From assembly GCA_037133055.1 (NCBI GenBank), contig JBAXOY010000029.1, positions 1 to 27,816 of the forward strand: a DNA stretch of 27,816 nucleotides. Direction: 5' to 3'. Under the pieces are notes generated by a model. The model saw nothing but the letters and a program-made list of their open reading frames with translations, had not been told where the DNA came from and searched no databases. The DNA is from Chlamydiota bacterium (lineage in GTDB: Bacteria > Auribacterota > Tritonobacteria > UBA1439). This document shows positions 26,161-27,816 of the stretch, piece after piece. The position numbers and the translations under genes are program-made. How positions within the stretch are numbered: position 1 is the stretch's first letter; each line of letters begins with the position of its first letter.

Positions 26161-27525
26161 CTACACGAACATCCCCGCGATCGTGCCCGTCATGTAGGAC
26201 GCCAGCAGCCCGCCGAACATCGCCTTCAGGCCCAAGCGCGCCAGGTCGTGGCGCCGCGAGGGCGCCAGCGCCCCGATCCCCCCGATCTGGATCGCGATGG
26301 AGCTGAAGTTCGCAAAGCCGCAGAGGGCGTAGGTCACGATGACGTAGCTCCGGTACTGGAGGTGGATCCCCTTCGCCGCCAGGTCGGCGAGGTGGAGGTA
26401 CGCCACGAACTCGTTGATCGCGAGCCGCTCCCCGAGCAGGGTGCCGATGATCCGGCAATCCACCCAGGGGACCCCCATGATCCAGCAGAACGGCGCGAAG
26501 ATGATCCCGAACAGCACCTGGAGGTTGATGGTGAGGGATGTCTTGAAAACCAGGTTTATGAGCGACCCGATCTTCTCGATCCCGTAGTTGGCCATGCTGA
26601 TCAGCGCGATGAAGGCCAGCAGCATCGCCCCCACGTTGAGGGCGAGCTGGAGGCCCGTCGCCGCGCCGCTCGCCGCAGCGTCGATGATGTTCGCGTTCGT
26701 CTCGGGGAGCGAGAGCTTCGCCCCGCCCTTCGTCTTGGGCACCTCGGTCTCCGGGTAGATGATTTTGGCCATGACGATCGCCGCGGGGGCCGACATGATG
26801 CTCGCGCTCAGGAGGTGCCCGGCGATGTCCGGGAAGTAGTCCTTGAGCATCCCCACGTAGGCCGCCATCACCCCGCCGGCCACGGTCGCAAACCCGCCGA
26901 CCATGATGCACATGAGCTCGGATTTCGTCATCTCCTCGACGAACGGCCTGACGACGAGCGGCGCCTCCGTCTGGCCGAGGAAAATGTTGGCGGACGCCGA
27001 GAGGGTCTCCGCCCCGCTCGTCCGCATGCATCGTTCCATGATCCAGGCGACGAACGCGACCACCTTCTGCATGATCCCCACGTGGTAGAGGACGCTCATG
27101 AGCGCGGAGAAGAAGATGATCGTCGGCAGCACCGAGAAGGCGAAATAGGCGCCGGTGTGTGCGACGTAGCCGGGGATCAGCTTCGGGGGCATGTTGAGCG
27201 CCGGGTCGCCCATGCCGATGGGCACGGAGTTCCCTATCAGATTTCCGAAGATGAACCGGGCGCCGTCGCCGGTGAAGCTCAGCAGTTTGACGATGGCGTC
27301 GTTCATCACGCTGAAGAACCACTCGCCGGGACCCGTCTTGAGGTTGAGGGCGGCCTTCACACCGGCGTTGAGCGGGCTGTTCGGGAGGACGAGGAAGGCG
27401 AAGAAGACCTGGAGCATGGTGCCCCAGACCACCACGCGGAGGCTGATCTTACGCCTGTTGTTCGACATGAGGACGGCAATCCCGAGAATGACGAACGTGC
27501 CGATGAAGCTGATGAACTTGTACAT
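26161..27525 (-). CDS. nupC: Concentrative nucleoside transporter (CNT/NupC family)
   Basis: Motifs FAFSVLPTIIFFSALMSVLYH, SASANIFLGQTEAPL, GFATVAGGV, NEFVAY, YALCGFANFSSIAIQIGG. AAGGAG RBS. Confidence 0.93.
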   Translation of the reverse strand: MYKFISFIGTFVILGIAVLMSNNRRKISLRVVVWGTMLQVFFAFLVLPNSPLNAGVKAALNLKTGPGEWFFSVMNDAIVKLLSFTGDGARFIFGNLIGNSVPIGMGDPALNMPPKLIPGYVAHTGAYFAFSVLPTIIFFSALMSVLYHVGIMQKVVAFVAWIMERCMRTSGAETLSASANIFLGQTEAPLVVRPFVEEMTKSELMCIMVGGFATVAGGVMAAYVGMLKDYFPDIAGHLLSASIMSAPAAIVMAKIIYPETEVPKTKGGAKLSLPETNANIIDAAASGAATGLQLALNVGAMLLAFIALISMANYGIEKIGSLINLVFKTSLTINLQVLFGIIFAPFCWIMGVPWVDCRIIGTLLGERLAINEFVAYLHLADLAAKGIHLQYRSYVIVTYALCGFANFSSIAIQIGGIGALAPSRRHDLARLGLKAMFGGLLASYMTGTIAGMFV

Positions 27526-27662
27526 TCCCCCGTCTCCTTTCGGGTTGACGCATCGCGGCACGAAGATGATACTTTCAGCCGCGGGGAGCGCGCAAGGATT
27601 TTCTGGACTGAACGGCCGGACCAGCCGGACAGGTCAGACGCATTTCCCCCCTACGCGCTTCC

Positions 27663-27752
27663 CACCCTTCACACCCTTCGCACCCTTCGCACCCTTCTCA
27701 CCCTTCACACCCTTCTCACCCTTCACACCCTTCGCACCCTTCGCACCCTTCG
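27663..27752. repeat. 9-bp tandem repeat (CACCCTTCN) x10
   Basis: Ten consecutive units; the ninth base runs a,g,g,t,a,t,a,g,g,g. Confidence 0.95.
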
Positions 27753-27816
27753 CACCTCTACGCCCGAAATGGCGGATAGGGGGAGTGGATAGAAAAGGTA
27801 ATGGTCTCCTTTTATA

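Noticed and set aside
1007..27525. Genome-wide reassignment of TAG to an amino acid
   Set aside because: TAG ends acsB (3196), acsD, tolR, the tolA-like gene, the propeller gene and nupC at plausible natural C-termini, so any readthrough at 2702 must be context-specific or partial.
27663..27752. CRISPR array
   Set aside because: The units are 9 bp with no spacers.

Overview
A GC-rich bacterial window with four parts. (1) 1-7535: a Wood-Ljungdahl carbonyl-branch cluster: a 5'-truncated Fe-S electron-transfer subunit, acsB, acsD, acsC and an AcsV/RACo-type ASKHA activator. No acsA or acsE is in view. acsB (1007-3196) is full length and colinear with known AcsB but has one in-frame TAG (2702-2704) that separates its A-cluster ligands. 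(2) ~7530-11230: a lower-GC accessory patch attached to the acsV 3' end. It holds an orphan RHH gene with a perfect operator, a small hypothetical gene, an epimerase pseudogene fused to a 77-bp copy of the acsV 3' end, and a convergent wHTH-methyltransferase / PD-(D/E)XK nuclease pair. The methyltransferase has an apparently leaderless promoter carrying two GACGTC sites. (3) cmk, divergent from a membrane-anchored CHASE2-GAF-sigma54 activator. (4) An envelope/glycosylation region: tolQRA-like genes, a non-canonical sulfatase-like lipoprotein, a TMTC-like GT-C/TPR protein, a secreted 8-bladed propeller with a Thr/Pro-rich stalk, galT, a second GT-C and nupC. Intergenic regions contain REP-like palindromes, inverted and tandem repeats, a DnaA box beside a 30-bp palindrome, and a 9-bp VNTR. 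All family calls come from motif recognition; no database search was run.
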